From Macrostomum lignano (lineage: Eukaryota), in contig NIVC01000172.1 of assembly GCA_002269645.1 (NCBI GenBank), forward strand, positions 684,692 through 748,691: DNA of 64,000 nucleotides. The letters are read 5' to 3'. The notes under the pieces were generated by a model. It searched no databases. It saw only the letters and a list, made by a program, of their open reading frames with translations, and was not told the origin of the DNA. This document shows, piece by piece, positions 38,833 through 49,760 of the stretch; within the stretch, counting starts at the first letter, position 1, and each line of letters starts with the position of its first letter. The position numbers were made by a program, and so were the translations under genes.

Positions 38833-39108
38833 AGTATCAAAGATATCAGTATCAGTATCCAGTATCAAAGATATATATTACGTCAGTTTGAGGCAGGTAT
38901 CTGACTCTAACTGGTTTTAAACCCCCCCCCGCGCCGGCCCGGCCTCGCTTTGGTGGGTTGGTGGGGTGCTGGTGCTCTGCGTGCGTGCAGGGCTTAGGGC
39001 AGCCTCCCCCCGCTCTGTGCTATTTAGTCACGCGTCGCGGCCGCTGAGTCGGCGTAATTTTGGCAAAATATTTTTAGCCTGCCTGATTTGCCAAGCACTG
39101 CACTCACA

Positions 39109-40134
39109 ATGGACTCTACGTTGGGCAGCATGACCGTGCAGGCCCTCAAAGATGCCTTACGCGAGAAGGCCTTACCTACAAGTGGCAATAAAGAAGAGCT
39201 GATAGGCCGCCTGCTCGCTGCAAGCCAGGCCGAACGAGCTCCCAGCGATGACGACGGTGACGACGACCAGGACGAGGATGACGTGCGCCGGGCTGCGCCA
39301 GCGGAGGAGGCCACAGAAGCGCAGATTCGGCAGACTCAGAAGAGGATCGAGCTGCTTAAACTGCAGAAGGCTGAGGCCCAGTTGCGGGATGAAGTGCAGT
39401 CGATCCGCAGTGGCGCCGCATCGCCCCCGCTGGCCAGAGGAGGGCCGGACATCTACGCCAGCCTGTTCGGGGACCAGAGCCGACAACCGAGGTTTGATTC
39501 GGCCGGAGCCCAGCGGCCCCCATCAGCGCTGCTCATCCCGGAATTTCTGGACGAGAGGCAGCAGTCGGGAGGATGGCTGACACAGGAACGTGGTCGCCTG
39601 ACTCTGAAAGGCGCAACGCCGAGCCTGTCCGGAGTCAACTTCGGCCAGTGGGTGGCTGCCAACGCGCGGATCATGCAGCGACTGCTGGAGACCGGCCAGC
39701 TGGTGGCGCCCGGTACGGATGGACAGCCCGACTGCAAGAGTCTGAACGCCTACCTCAACTTTAACATCCACATCGGCGAGCTGCTCGACGCTGGCTACGA
39801 CTGGAAGGTGGTGCTCCAGTACGACCAGGACATGAGGCTGCAGCAGCACTCGCGACAGCGCGACTGGGACAGCCCCGATCTGAACCTCATCATCAAGCAT
39901 ATGACGGCGCCCAAAAACCTGCGAGCTGCTGGCCCAGTCGCGGTCGGTCAAGGAGTCCAGGGTCACCGTAGCAGGGGCCAGCTGTCATCCGCTGGACAGG
40001 TCATCTGCGGCTTGTTCAATAGCAACAAAGGCTGTCACAGACACACCTGCAATTTCGCCCACATCTGCCGCATCTGCGAAGGGAGCCACTCAAAGCTGCA
40101 ACACAGCTCGGTGGCTGCCGAATCAAAAAACTGA
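39109..40134 (+). CDS. Ngaro Gag-like ORF1 (SAP domain, C-terminal CCCH/CCHH zinc finger)
   Basis: MTVQALKDALREKALPTSGNKEELIGRL (SAP domain) and [29 protein letters not shown]. Confidence 0.85.
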   Translation: MDSTLGSMTVQALKDALREKALPTSGNKEELIGRLLAASQAERAPSDDDGDDDQDEDDVRRAAPAEEATEAQIRQTQKRIELLKLQKAEAQLRDEVQSIRSGAASPPLARGGPDIYASLFGDQSRQPRFDSAGAQRPPSALLIPEFLDERQQSGGWLTQERGRLTLKGATPSLSGVNFGQWVAANARIMQRLLETGQLVAPGTDGQPDCKSLNAYLNFNIHIGELLDAGYDWKVVLQYDQDMRLQQHSRQRDWDSPDLNLIIKHMTAPKNLRAAGPVAVGQGVQGHRSRGQLSSAGQVICGLFNSNKGCHRHTCNFAHICRICEGSHSKLQHSSVAAESKN

Positions 40135-42650
40135 GCAAAGAGGCGGGTCGCGGCGGCACCAGTTTTAGCCCTAAGCGGACGGCGTCTGATAGACAGTCCA
40201 AAATTTTAATTCCATGCGAGACAGCTGCTCGCACTGCCACTGGCCCTGCCGCTCGCCCTGCCACTCGCCTTGCCGCTCGACCTGCCACTCGCCCTGCCGC
40301 TCGCCCTGCCGCTCGCCCTGCCGCTCGCCATGCCACTCGCCCTGCCACTCGCCCTGCCGCCGGCCCTGCCGCCGGCCCTGCTGCCGGCCCTACTGCCGGC
40401 CCTGCTGCCGTTCCTGCTGCCGGCCCTGCTGCCGGCCCTGCTGCCGTTCCTGCTGCCGGTCCTGCTGCCGGCCCTGCTGCCGGCCCTGCCGCCGGTCCTG
40501 CTGCCGGCCCTGCTGCCGGTCCTGCTGCCGGCCCTGCCGCCGGTCCTGCTGCCGTTCCTGCTGCCGGTCCTGCTGCCGGCCCTGCTGCCGGCCCTGCCGC
40601 CGGTCCTGCTGCCGGCCCTGCTGCCGGTCCTGCTGCCGGCCCTGCTGCCGGCCCTGCTGCCGGCCCTGCTGCCGGCCCTGCTGCCGGTCCTGCTGCCGGC
40701 CCTGCTGCCGGTCCTGCTGCCGGCCCTGCTGCCGGCCCAGCCGCCGGCCCTGCCGCCGGTCCTGCTGCCGGCCCAGCCGCCGGCCCTGCCGCCGGTCCTG
40801 CTGCCGGCCCAGCCGCTGGCCCTGCCGCCGGCCCTGCCGCCGGCCCCGCTGCCGGCCCTGCTGCCGGTCCTGCTGCCGGCGCTGCTGCCGGCCCTGTTGC
40901 CGGCCCGGTGGCTGCACTCCGAAAACGTTGGCCGCTGTTAACTGCTGCTTGGACACCAGTCCTGCTCGGAGACTCGGACGCGGAGTTTCTGATCGCGGGA
41001 ATTCGCGATGGCTTTCGCATCACCGACGCGGCTCCGACCAGCGAATCCCAGCTCGAAAATCATGCATCCGCCCGCTGCGAGGCAAATCGGAATGCCGTTG
41101 AGCTGCAGATCAGAGAGGAGGTCGTGGCTGGCCGGTACATCAGCGCAACTGACTTGGGCATCGCCAGGCCGACCATCATCAGCCCACTGGGCGCCGTCCC
41201 GAAGGCAGACGGCGCCATCCGCCTGATTCACGACGCGTCCGCGCCACAGGGCAACAGCCTCAACGATCTGTACAAGCCCCGCCAGAAGATGAAGTTTGCC
41301 AATGTCGAGGATCTCACCAGGCAGCTGGCACCAAGCTGGTTCATCAGCAAGGTCGACCTACGCCACGCCTACCGAAGTGTTCAGGTGCACCCAGACTGCT
41401 ATAAGGCGACGGGGCTCCGGTGGACGTTCGAGCTGGACGGTCAGCCCACTTATCTGGTTGACACGCGACTCCCATTCGGTGCGGCGGCATCAGTCAACAT
41501 TTTCCACCGCCTAACGCAAGCTGTCAAGCGCTTTATGTACAGGCAATTCTCGCATCTGTCCAAATTCGTCGTCATCGCATACCTCGACGATTTCTGCATA
41601 GCTGCCCGGGACTACGAGGTCTGCCTGCAGCTGCACAATTTTCTGCTGGTCACCCTGCAGCGCCTCGGCTTTGAGATCAACTGGGCCAAGACGCAGAGCC
41701 CAGCCACTTCGGTCACTTTCCTGGGTGTGCAGATCGACACATTGACTGGCCTGCTGTCACTGCCCGCCAAGAAGATGGACGGCCTTCGAGAACTTCTCAT
41801 GGACTGCGCCAACTCGAAGAGCCTGCAAAAACGTCGCCTTCAGCACCTAGTCGGCAAACTGAACTGGTTCTGCAAAGTGGCCAAACCTGCAAAGGCCCTG
41901 CTTCGCGCGCTCCTGGAGATAACCATCGCTATTCCTGAGCAGCATCATCGAGTACCGGTGCGCGGCGAGCTACTGGCCCAGTTGCAGTTCTGGCAGCATG
42001 CAATCCCAGTGTTCCCGACCGACAAGCTGTGGCGGCGTGCACGAGTGCTGGCAGCGGTCGAGACGGACGCCTGCGTCAGTGCCGGTGGCATGATCCTGAG
42101 CACCTCTGATGGCCAGCGCGAGTTCCGCCTCGTCGACTTCTGCAGTGACGCCGGTGGCATCTTCCTGAGCGAGCACATCAACGCCAAGGAGACGGTACTG
42201 CCGCTGCTCGCCATCATTCTGTTCCAGGAGCAGCTGGCCGGCGGCAAGGTGGCCTGCTACGTCGACAGCAGCGCGGCGGTCGGCACCATCAACCGCGGTG
42301 CCTCCAGCAACCCGATCGTCATGACCCTGCTCAAAACGGCCACTCTGGCAGCGCTGAGGCACGACTTTCAGTTTCGAGCTCACCATATGCCGGGGTCCTG
42401 GCAGCTGCTGAGCGACCCGCTGTCGCGCTGCCTGACGCATCCCCGCCACATGCTGCTGTTTCTGCTGCGCTACTTCGGCCGGGCCAAGGCGCAGCCGGAA
42501 GATCTGCGCAGGGCCTGCCTCAATGAGTCAACGGCGGCCCGGTTGCTTGAGCAGGCGTCGCTCGCGCTGAGCCCCGGTCTCTGGCGCAGTTCTCGAGCGG
42601 AGCGAGTTGCGACGGCTGAAGCAGATCCCGAGCTCAGGTACGAGTCTTAG
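39972..42650 (+). CDS. Ngaro Pol (RT + RNase H); frame open from 39972 without a start codon
   Basis: DIRS-type RT motifs [29 protein letters not shown], and RNase H motifs ETDAC, HINAKE, SDPLSR. The same frame runs stop-free through the repeat and overlaps the gag 3' end. Confidence 0.85.
40230..40905 (+). repeat. 12-bp GC-rich repeat (GCCGGCCCTGCT) inside the Ngaro pol frame
   Basis: Direct reading; encodes AGPA repeats in the pol frame. Confidence 0.9.
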
Positions 42651-43184
42651 AGCTATTGCTTGGACCTGGCTTTTTTGGCTTGGTTTAATTTTTTCTGCGG
42701 CTCGTTGATTTGATTTTACACGCTTGTCTCCTTCTCCCTCTTTCTGTTGGTGTTGGGGTTCGTTTTCCCTTTCTGGGCCGCGTCTGCCGGTCTTTTGTGC
42801 CACTTGCTTTTACTCTGCGTTAGTCTTTTGGGGTTTAATACGTCAGTTTGAGGCAGGTATCTGACTCTAACTGGTTTTAAACCCCCCCCCCGCGCCGGCC
42901 CGGCCTCGCTTTGGTGGGTTGGTGGGGTGCTGGTGCTCTGCGTGCGTGCAGGGCTTAGGGCAGCCTCCCCCCGCTCTGTGCTATTTAGTCACGCGTCGCG
43001 GCCGCTGAGTCGGCGTAATTTTGGCAAAATATTTTTTTCTTTTAAATTACAAAATCAATATATTTCGTCGCTTAAGGGGTTCGTTTTCCCTTTCTGGGCC
43101 GCGTCTGCCGGTCTTTTGTGCCACTTGCTTTTACTCTGCGTTAGTCTTTTGGGGTTTAAATATATATATAAGGCAGATGACAAT

Positions 43185-44600
43185 GACGATGGACAAATGA
43201 CAGTGGACACAATACTGCAGTAGACACATGAAAGTGGACACATGACAGCGGACACGTGACTGCAGTAGACAGATAACAATGGGCACATGGCAATGGACAC
43301 AGCCGTAGACACATGACAGTGGAAACATAACAGTCGACACACAACAGTGGACACATGACAGTGGACACATGACAGTGGACACATGACAGTGGACACATGA
43401 CAGTCGAAACATAACAGTCGACACACAACAGTGGACACATGACAGTGGACACATGAACAGTGGACACATGACAGTGGACACATGACAGTGGACACATGAC
43501 AGTCGACACATGACAGTGGACAAATGATAGTGGACACAATACTGCAGTAGATAGACGAAAGTGGACACATGACAGTGGACACATGACAGTAGACACATGA
43601 CAGTGGACACATTGCAGCAGACAGATGACAGTGGACACATGACAGTGGACAAATGACAGTGGACACATGACAGTGGACAAATGACAGCGGACACAATACT
43701 GCAGTAGACAGACGAAAGTGGACACATGACAGTGGACACATGACAGTGGACACATGACAGTGGACACATGACAGTAGACACATGACAGTGGACACATGAC
43801 AGTGGACACATGACAGTGGACACATGAACAGTGGACACATGACAGTGGACACATGACAGAGGACACATGACAGTCGACACATGACAGTGGACAAATGGTA
43901 GTGGACACAATACTGCAGTAGATAGACGAAAGTGGACACATGACAGTGGACACATGACAGTAGACACATGACAGTGGACACATTGCAGTAGACAGATGAC
44001 AGTGGACACATGACAGTGGACAAATGACAGTGGACACAATACTGCAGTAGACAGACGAAAGTGGACACATGACAGTGGACACATGACAGTGGACACATGA
44101 CAGTGGACACATGACAGTGGACACATGACAGTGGACACATGACAGTGGACACATGACAGTGGACACATGACAGTGGACACATGACAGTGGACACATGACA
44201 GTGGACACATGACAGTGGACACATGACAGTGGACACATGACAGTGGACACATGACAGTGGACACATGACAGTGGACACATGACAGTGGACACATGACAGT
44301 GGACACATGACAGTGGACACATATTGCAGCAGACAGATGACAGTGGACACCTGACAGTGGACAAATGACAGTGGACAAATGACAGTGGACAAATGACAGT
44401 GGACAAATGACAGTGGACAAATGACAGTGGACAAATGACAGTGGACAAATGACAGTGGACAAATGACAGTGGACAAATGACAGTGGACAAATGACAGTGG
44501 ACAAATGACAGTGGACAAATGACAGTGGACAAATGACAGTGGACAAATGACAGTGGACACAATACTGCAGTAGACAGACGAAAGTGCACACATGACAGTA
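43185..44600. repeat. 14-bp satellite GACAGTGGACACAT/AAAT
   Basis: Direct reading; the Cys/His-rich minus-strand ORFs are its translations. Confidence 0.95.
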
Positions 44601-45034
44601 GGCAAATCAAAGCGGTGAGTGAAGCTTGCGCAGACTTCAATCTGCAAATTTGATAAAAAGGCTTCAACCAACGCTGCTGCAGCCTCACCAACAGTCCCTC
44701 CCACGCATCCAGCAGGTTGCGATCTGGACGCCCGTACCGCCGCCTTGCGTAGTCTCGGATCCACTCAGCCAGCGACTCCGGCTGCTCGGCCCTCCAGTTG
44801 AACTCCATCACCAGCTCGTACACAACTTCGTTCTGCCCGATTCCTTCCGGCTGGATTCCTGTGCCGAGCATGTTTCCAGGGAACTGACGCCGCAGGCCAA
44901 AGGGCCCGTGCTGGCCAAAGTTTTGCAGCTGGCCGTACATGGCGTTGTTACCGCCAAAGTTGTGCAGGGCTGTCCACACGAAATTGTGTCCGAAGAAGCC
45001 ATCCAACTGTTGGGCCAGGTTGACCGTTTCGCCC

Positions 45035-48000
45035 TGTTGTGTTCTAGTTGATTGATTAAATTCAATTCAGTTGGAGACACTTGAGTCTCGCTCAATATAT
45101 TTATACTCATGTGCACGTTGAAAACAGTGTTACGCAATCGAAACAACGATACCATGATTGAACGCACGATGCATATAAGGTAATTGAACAATTCTAGCCT
45201 CAAAGTTAGTTAGTTACAACACCTAGGCCTGATGCACAGTCACTACATTCTCCCCCCTTCCGGAAGAGGATAACGCGCCGGTTGCCGTCGAGCTCGAGTT
45301 GACCTTCGAAGCCCAGGTGGAGGTGGCGGCTCGCCCGTCCGTGGGGCGGAGCCGGCGGCAGCGGCAAATCGAACCAGTCGTCCTCTTGGTCGGCCGCGCC
45401 GTTGTCAGCCGGTGGGCTGTTGCACTTAACCAGCCGACTCGCTTGCCACTTTGTACCGTCGGACAGCACGAAGGTGTTGCGCCCTGCTTTGGAGGCGATC
45501 TTTAGCGGTTCCTTCAGTCGGGTCGCCAGCTTGTGCGCTCGGTGCGGCGTCTGTCGCCAGACCCAGTCTCCGGCCTGGAGCATAGAGTCACGAGCTCGCC
45601 TTCGCTTGTTGGTGTAGTCGGCATTCTTGGCTTGCCTCTGTGCGATACTGTCTCGCAGGTCGCTGTCGTCCCGCTGTTGCACTGGAGTTGGCCTGAGCAG
45701 CTGCAGTCCGGACCGCAGCTTGCGCCCGATCATCAGCTCGGCTGGAGTCAGCCCGGTGAGAGCGTGCTGGCTGGTCCTGTAGGTCTTGAGCACCAGGTCG
45801 ATGGCGTCCTCGAACTTCGCTCCCGCCCTCAGGTTCGCTGCCAGGCCCTCCTTCAGACTCCGGTTGAATCGCTCGACTCCGCCGTTGCCTTGCGGGTAGT
45901 ACCGGCTCACTCGGCTGTGCTTGATGCCCTCGGCTCGCAGGAACTCTTCGAACTCGTCGCTGACGAACTGGGGTCCGTTGTCGCTGATCAGCATCTTCGG
46001 GACTCCCCACCGGCCGAATAGCTTCCGAAGCGTCTTGATGATGTTGGCAGAGGTGACGGTTTCCATGGCTGCAATCTCCGGCCACTTGCTGTACAGGTCG
46101 TGGATCACCAGTAGAAACCGCTGGTGTCGAGGAGCCGCGGCGACCTCGCCGAAGATGTCGATCTCGACCTTGTCCCACGGTCCATCTGGCCACTCGATTG
46201 GTGTCACGATCGTCTGTTGAGGCTTGCCGGACTTCTCCGCCAGAGTGCAGGCCGTGCAGTTCTTGACGTAGTCCTCCACCTGCCGGTCAATTCCAGGAAA
46301 CCAGACCGTGTCGCGGCACCGCTGCTTTGACCGAACGACGCCCGGATGCCCTTCGTGGGCCTCCTCGATGACTTGAAGTCGCAGGCTCGTCGGGATGATC
46401 GCGCGTTCACCACGACCGAGGCACTGACCGTTGTTCCAGCAGAACAGCTCGTCCCGGACGTTGAAGTACGGCTTTAGAGAGCTGTCCACCTTCGATGGCC
46501 AGCCGCCCGAGATGTACTGCAAAACCGCCTGCAGCACTTCGTCCTCCTTGGTCGCCGTTGCCAGTGCGTCTGCCGTCAGCGTTGTCTTCGAGTCGACGAC
46601 TGCGTAGACGTAGCCCTCCTCGTCGGTCTCCTCGGCTGGAACGCGCTCCGTCGTGGCCCATCTGGACAGCATGTCCGCGCACTTGTTGTCAGCGCCAGGG
46701 ATGTGCTCAAACCGGACGTCGTAGCCGCGAAGTCTCTCGACCCATCGATGAATGCGAAGAGGCCTGTGCCCCATGCCTTTCGAGTCGAGCAGAGTTGTCA
46801 GGGCCTTGTGGTCGGTGCGCAGCGTTACTCGTCTGCCGTATAGATAGTAGTGCCAGCGTTCGATGCTCCATACACAGGCCAGGGCTTCTCGCTCTCCGGC
46901 TGAGTATCGCTTTTCCGCTGGGCTGAGTGCTCTCGATGCGAACGCGATTGGCACCTCTTTTTCGTTTTGTACTTGGCTGAGCACTGCCCCCAGTCCGTCT
47001 AGACTTGCATCGCAGGTGACGTACGTCTCAGCTTGGCAGTCAAAATGAGCTAACACTGGGCTGCTGGTTACGGCTGACTTGAGTGTACGGAAGGCTGTAC
47101 GTTCCCGCTCACCCCAGTGCCAGTCCGCGTCCTTTTTGAGCAGTTGTCTCAGAGGCTCGGCAATTGCTGAGTAATGCGGTATGAACTTGTGCAAAAAGTT
47201 CACTGCTCCGAGAAACGATTGAATTTGCGCGACCGTTGATGGCTCAGGAATTCTTAGAATTGCGTCGACGTTGGACTTGGTCGGTTTGATGCCGTCTGCA
47301 GAGATGACCAATCCGAAGAAATCCACGCTCGCCTGCCGGAATTTGCACTTCTCTCGATTGAGTGTGAAGCCTTCGCGATGAATCCGCCCTAGGACTTCTC
47401 GGAGGTTCTTGTCGTGCTCAGTCTCGTCCTTGCCGTGCACCAGGATGTCGTCCACGATGTTGATGGCGCCAGGAGCTCCTCGAAGCACCGTCTGCAGGGC
47501 TCGCTGGAAGGCAGCTCCGGAGCTGGATAGCCCGAATGGCACCACGGTGAACTGATACAGGCCGGCATCGGTGATGAAGCACGTCAGCCCTCGAGAGTCT
47601 GGATGCAGCGGAATCTGCTGGTAGCCTTGACGCAGGTCCAGCTTGCTGAAGCACTTCGAGCCGTTGATGCTGGCCGATAGGTCCTCGATTGACGGTACCG
47701 GATAGCGGTCCGCGATCACCGCCTTGTTGACCTGCCGCAGATCCACGCAGAGACGAACCTTGTTGGACTCCTTCTTGCGCGTCACGACAACGTTTCTAAC
47801 CCACTCGGACGCGTCGACCTTCTCAATGATGCCCTGTTGCTCCATCCGGCTGATCTCTGACGTCACTTCGTCCTTCAGGCCGATCGGCAGCTTCCGCATT
47901 GGCTGAGACACTGGCTTGACCGAGGCGTCGATCTTTGTCCGGTGAATGAAGCTCTTGGACCGGCCCAGACCGTCGAAGATTCCGGGGAAGTCGCGCTCGA

Positions 48001-49358
48001 TCGTAGTCTCGCTGATGCTCATCACTCTGTTGTCACCTTGGAAGATTTTGAATCCGAGGGCCTGAAACAGGTCGCGGCCCAGGATGTTCGCTCCTTTGTC
48101 GGCGACGTAGAATGTGGCTTCTGTCCTGATGTCGTTGAACGTCACTGGAAGCTCGACCTTGCCGATGGTCTTGATCGCAGATCCGCCGTATGCCTCCAGT
48201 TTTGTGCTCGTCGGAAGCAGCGGGTGCCTAGCGAAGGACTTCTTGAACGTCTCCATGTTGAGCAACGAAACGGCAGCACCGCAGTCGATTTGCAGTCGAA
48301 TCAGCTGTCCGCCCAGACGGCATTCGCAGAATAAGCTGTCTGTGCTCTTGTTGTTCACGGCCAGGACCGTCAGACTGGACTCTGCAGGCTCTTTGGTGTC
48401 GATCGCAGAGACCGCTTTCATGCGGCACATTTTCGCGAAATGGTTCGTCTTGCCGCATCGTCTGCATTTCTGGCCCATCGCCTTGCATTCGCCCTTGTGT
48501 CCGTGGTTGCCTCCGCATCGAGTGCACTTTGGACCTGCTGCTGCGGTCTTCTCATGGCGAGCAGCTGGCTTCGGCTTCTTGCTCAGCGCCTTCACGTGGA
48601 GCTCTGGGCCGCTGACCTGCTTGGCATCTCTGATGGCTGCTTCGATTCGCTCAGCCTTCTTGATGGCGTCATCTAGCGTCAGATCGTCCTCCTCCATCAG
48701 GAGTCTTTCCCTAATGCGAGGTACGCAGGTTTTCTCCACAAGTTGGTCTCGAATTATTTCGTCGTGAAAGGTGCCAAATTTGCAGTTTGTTGCCAGTTCT
48801 CTCAGGGCCATCACGTAGTCTCCGATGCTCTCGCCGTCGTGCTGGGCTCGCTGCCGAAAGGCGAAGCGCTCTGCTATGACGCTTCTCGACGAGCTGAAAA
48901 TCGCCTTCAGTGCCGTTTTGGTCTCCTGAAGCGACTTGCTTGCATCGACGTTTGCAGCTCGGCGGCGTCCTTCCTCACCAAGCAGATGCAGGAGGATCGC
49001 CTTTTTCCGACTCTCTGATGCCTCTTCGAGAGCTCCAGCTACCAGGAAGTTCTCAAATGACTTGATCCACCTTGCCCATGGCACAGGAGGTTCGCCTGGT
49101 ACTGGTTGAAACTCCGCTGGGTACGGGAGTCCGCTCGTCGCCATTTGTTGTGTTCTAGTTGATTGATTAAATTCAATTCAGTTGGAGACACTTGAGTCTC
49201 GCTCAATATATTTATACTCATGTGCACGTTGAAAACAGTGTTACGCAATCGAAACAACGATACCATGATTGAACGCACGATGCATATAAGGTAATTGAAC
49301 AATTCTAGCCTCAAAGTTAGTTAGTTACAACACCTAGGCCTGATGCACAGTCACTACA
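45035..49358 (-). mobile_element. Full-length Ty3/Gypsy (Mag-like) LTR retrotransposon, very recent
   Basis: Two 213-bp LTRs (45035-45247, 49146-49358) that read identical, with TG...CA ends; 5-bp TSD CGCCC (45030-45034, 49359-49363); PBS-like TGGCGACGAG at 49143-49134; polypurine tract at 45248-45262. Confidence 0.97.
45206..49144 (-). CDS. Gypsy Gag-Pol polyprotein (zinc knuckles, protease, RT, RNase H, integrase)
   Basis: CRRCGKTNHFAKMC; IDCGAAVS; VRLCVDLR, KLDLRQGYQQ, IVDDIL; TCDAS; HEGHPG..C..C, IDIFG, DNGPQF, VERFNRSLK. Single 1312-codon ORF. Confidence 0.95.
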   Translation of the reverse strand: MATSGLPYPAEFQPVPGEPPVPWARWIKSFENFLVAGALEEASESRKKAILLHLLGEEGRRRAANVDASKSLQETKTALKAIFSSSRSVIAERFAFRQRAQHDGESIGDYVMALRELATNCKFGTFHDEIIRDQLVEKTCVPRIRERLLMEEDDLTLDDAIKKAERIEAAIRDAKQVSGPELHVKALSKKPKPAARHEKTAAAGPKCTRCGGNHGHKGECKAMGQKCRRCGKTNHFAKMCRMKAVSAIDTKEPAESSLTVLAVNNKSTDSLFCECRLGGQLIRLQIDCGAAVSLLNMETFKKSFARHPLLPTSTKLEAYGGSAIKTIGKVELPVTFNDIRTEATFYVADKGANILGRDLFQALGFKIFQGDNRVMSISETTIERDFPGIFDGLGRSKSFIHRTKIDASVKPVSQPMRKLPIGLKDEVTSEISRMEQQGIIEKVDASEWVRNVVVTRKKESNKVRLCVDLRQVNKAVIADRYPVPSIEDLSASINGSKCFSKLDLRQGYQQIPLHPDSRGLTCFITDAGLYQFTVVPFGLSSSGAAFQRALQTVLRGAPGAINIVDDILVHGKDETEHDKNLREVLGRIHREGFTLNREKCKFRQASVDFFGLVISADGIKPTKSNVDAILRIPEPSTVAQIQSFLGAVNFLHKFIPHYSAIAEPLRQLLKKDADWHWGERERTAFRTLKSAVTSSPVLAHFDCQAETYVTCDASLDGLGAVLSQVQNEKEVPIAFASRALSPAEKRYSAGEREALACVWSIERWHYYLYGRRVTLRTDHKALTTLLDSKGMGHRPLRIHRWVERLRGYDVRFEHIPGADNKCADMLSRWATTERVPAEETDEEGYVYAVVDSKTTLTADALATATKEDEVLQAVLQYISGGWPSKVDSSLKPYFNVRDELFCWNNGQCLGRGERAIIPTSLRLQVIEEAHEGHPGVVRSKQRCRDTVWFPGIDRQVEDYVKNCTACTLAEKSGKPQQTIVTPIEWPDGPWDKVEIDIFGEVAAAPRHQRFLLVIHDLYSKWPEIAAMETVTSANIIKTLRKLFGRWGVPKMLISDNGPQFVSDEFEEFLRAEGIKHSRVSRYYPQGNGGVERFNRSLKEGLAANLRAGAKFEDAIDLVLKTYRTSQHALTGLTPAELMIGRKLRSGLQLLRPTPVQQRDDSDLRDSIAQRQAKNADYTNKRRRARDSMLQAGDWVWRQTPHRAHKLATRLKEPLKIASKAGRNTFVLSDGTKWQASRLVKCNSPPADNGAADQEDDWFDLPLPPAPPHGRASRHLHLGFEGQLELDGNRRVILFRKGGECSDCASGLGVVTN

Positions 49359-49760
49359 CGCCCCACAGCTCCATCACTAGTAGATGAGTCTGCATTGAGT
49401 AGGGCAGGCACTTGACAGATCAGTGACACATTGAGTCAAAAGTCGAATTGTTAAACCGCTCACCATGTTGATGGGCTCAAAGAACGCCTTGGCCCGATTG
49501 ATCGTCCAAAAGTCGGCGGCGTTATTTAAAAACCAGCTTTGCAAGACCCTGGGATATGGCCAAGTAAAAAAGAGTCTTTTCTCAGTCGATGACCGCAGCG
49601 GCTTCTCTATCGACGTGAAAGACTTACCAAACGCCCTGGGGATCGGCACGTAAAAATCCATTAAGAATTGCAGCGCTGACCGCCCTGATGTAGGCCGGGT
49701 CACTGAAGAGAGTTGCCGGGAGAAACAATTAATTATCTATAATGAGCGCTCTGTTGCTTG

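Larger units (their letters stand above)
38879..43159 (+). mobile_element. Ngaro/DIRS-type retrotransposon with split direct repeats (A1-ORFs-B1-A2-B2)
   Basis: A repeat ~197 bp at 38879-39075 and 42839-43035; B repeat 84 bp at 42755-42838 and 43076-43159. Gag and RT-RNaseH ORFs lie between them. TA-repeat flanks on both sides. Confidence 0.9.

Noticed and set aside
40214-41101. Cys-rich 295-aa ORF resembling keratin-associated or metallothionein proteins
   Set aside because: Alternative-frame translation of the 12-bp repeat inside the Ngaro element; the frame continuous with RT is the AGPA frame.
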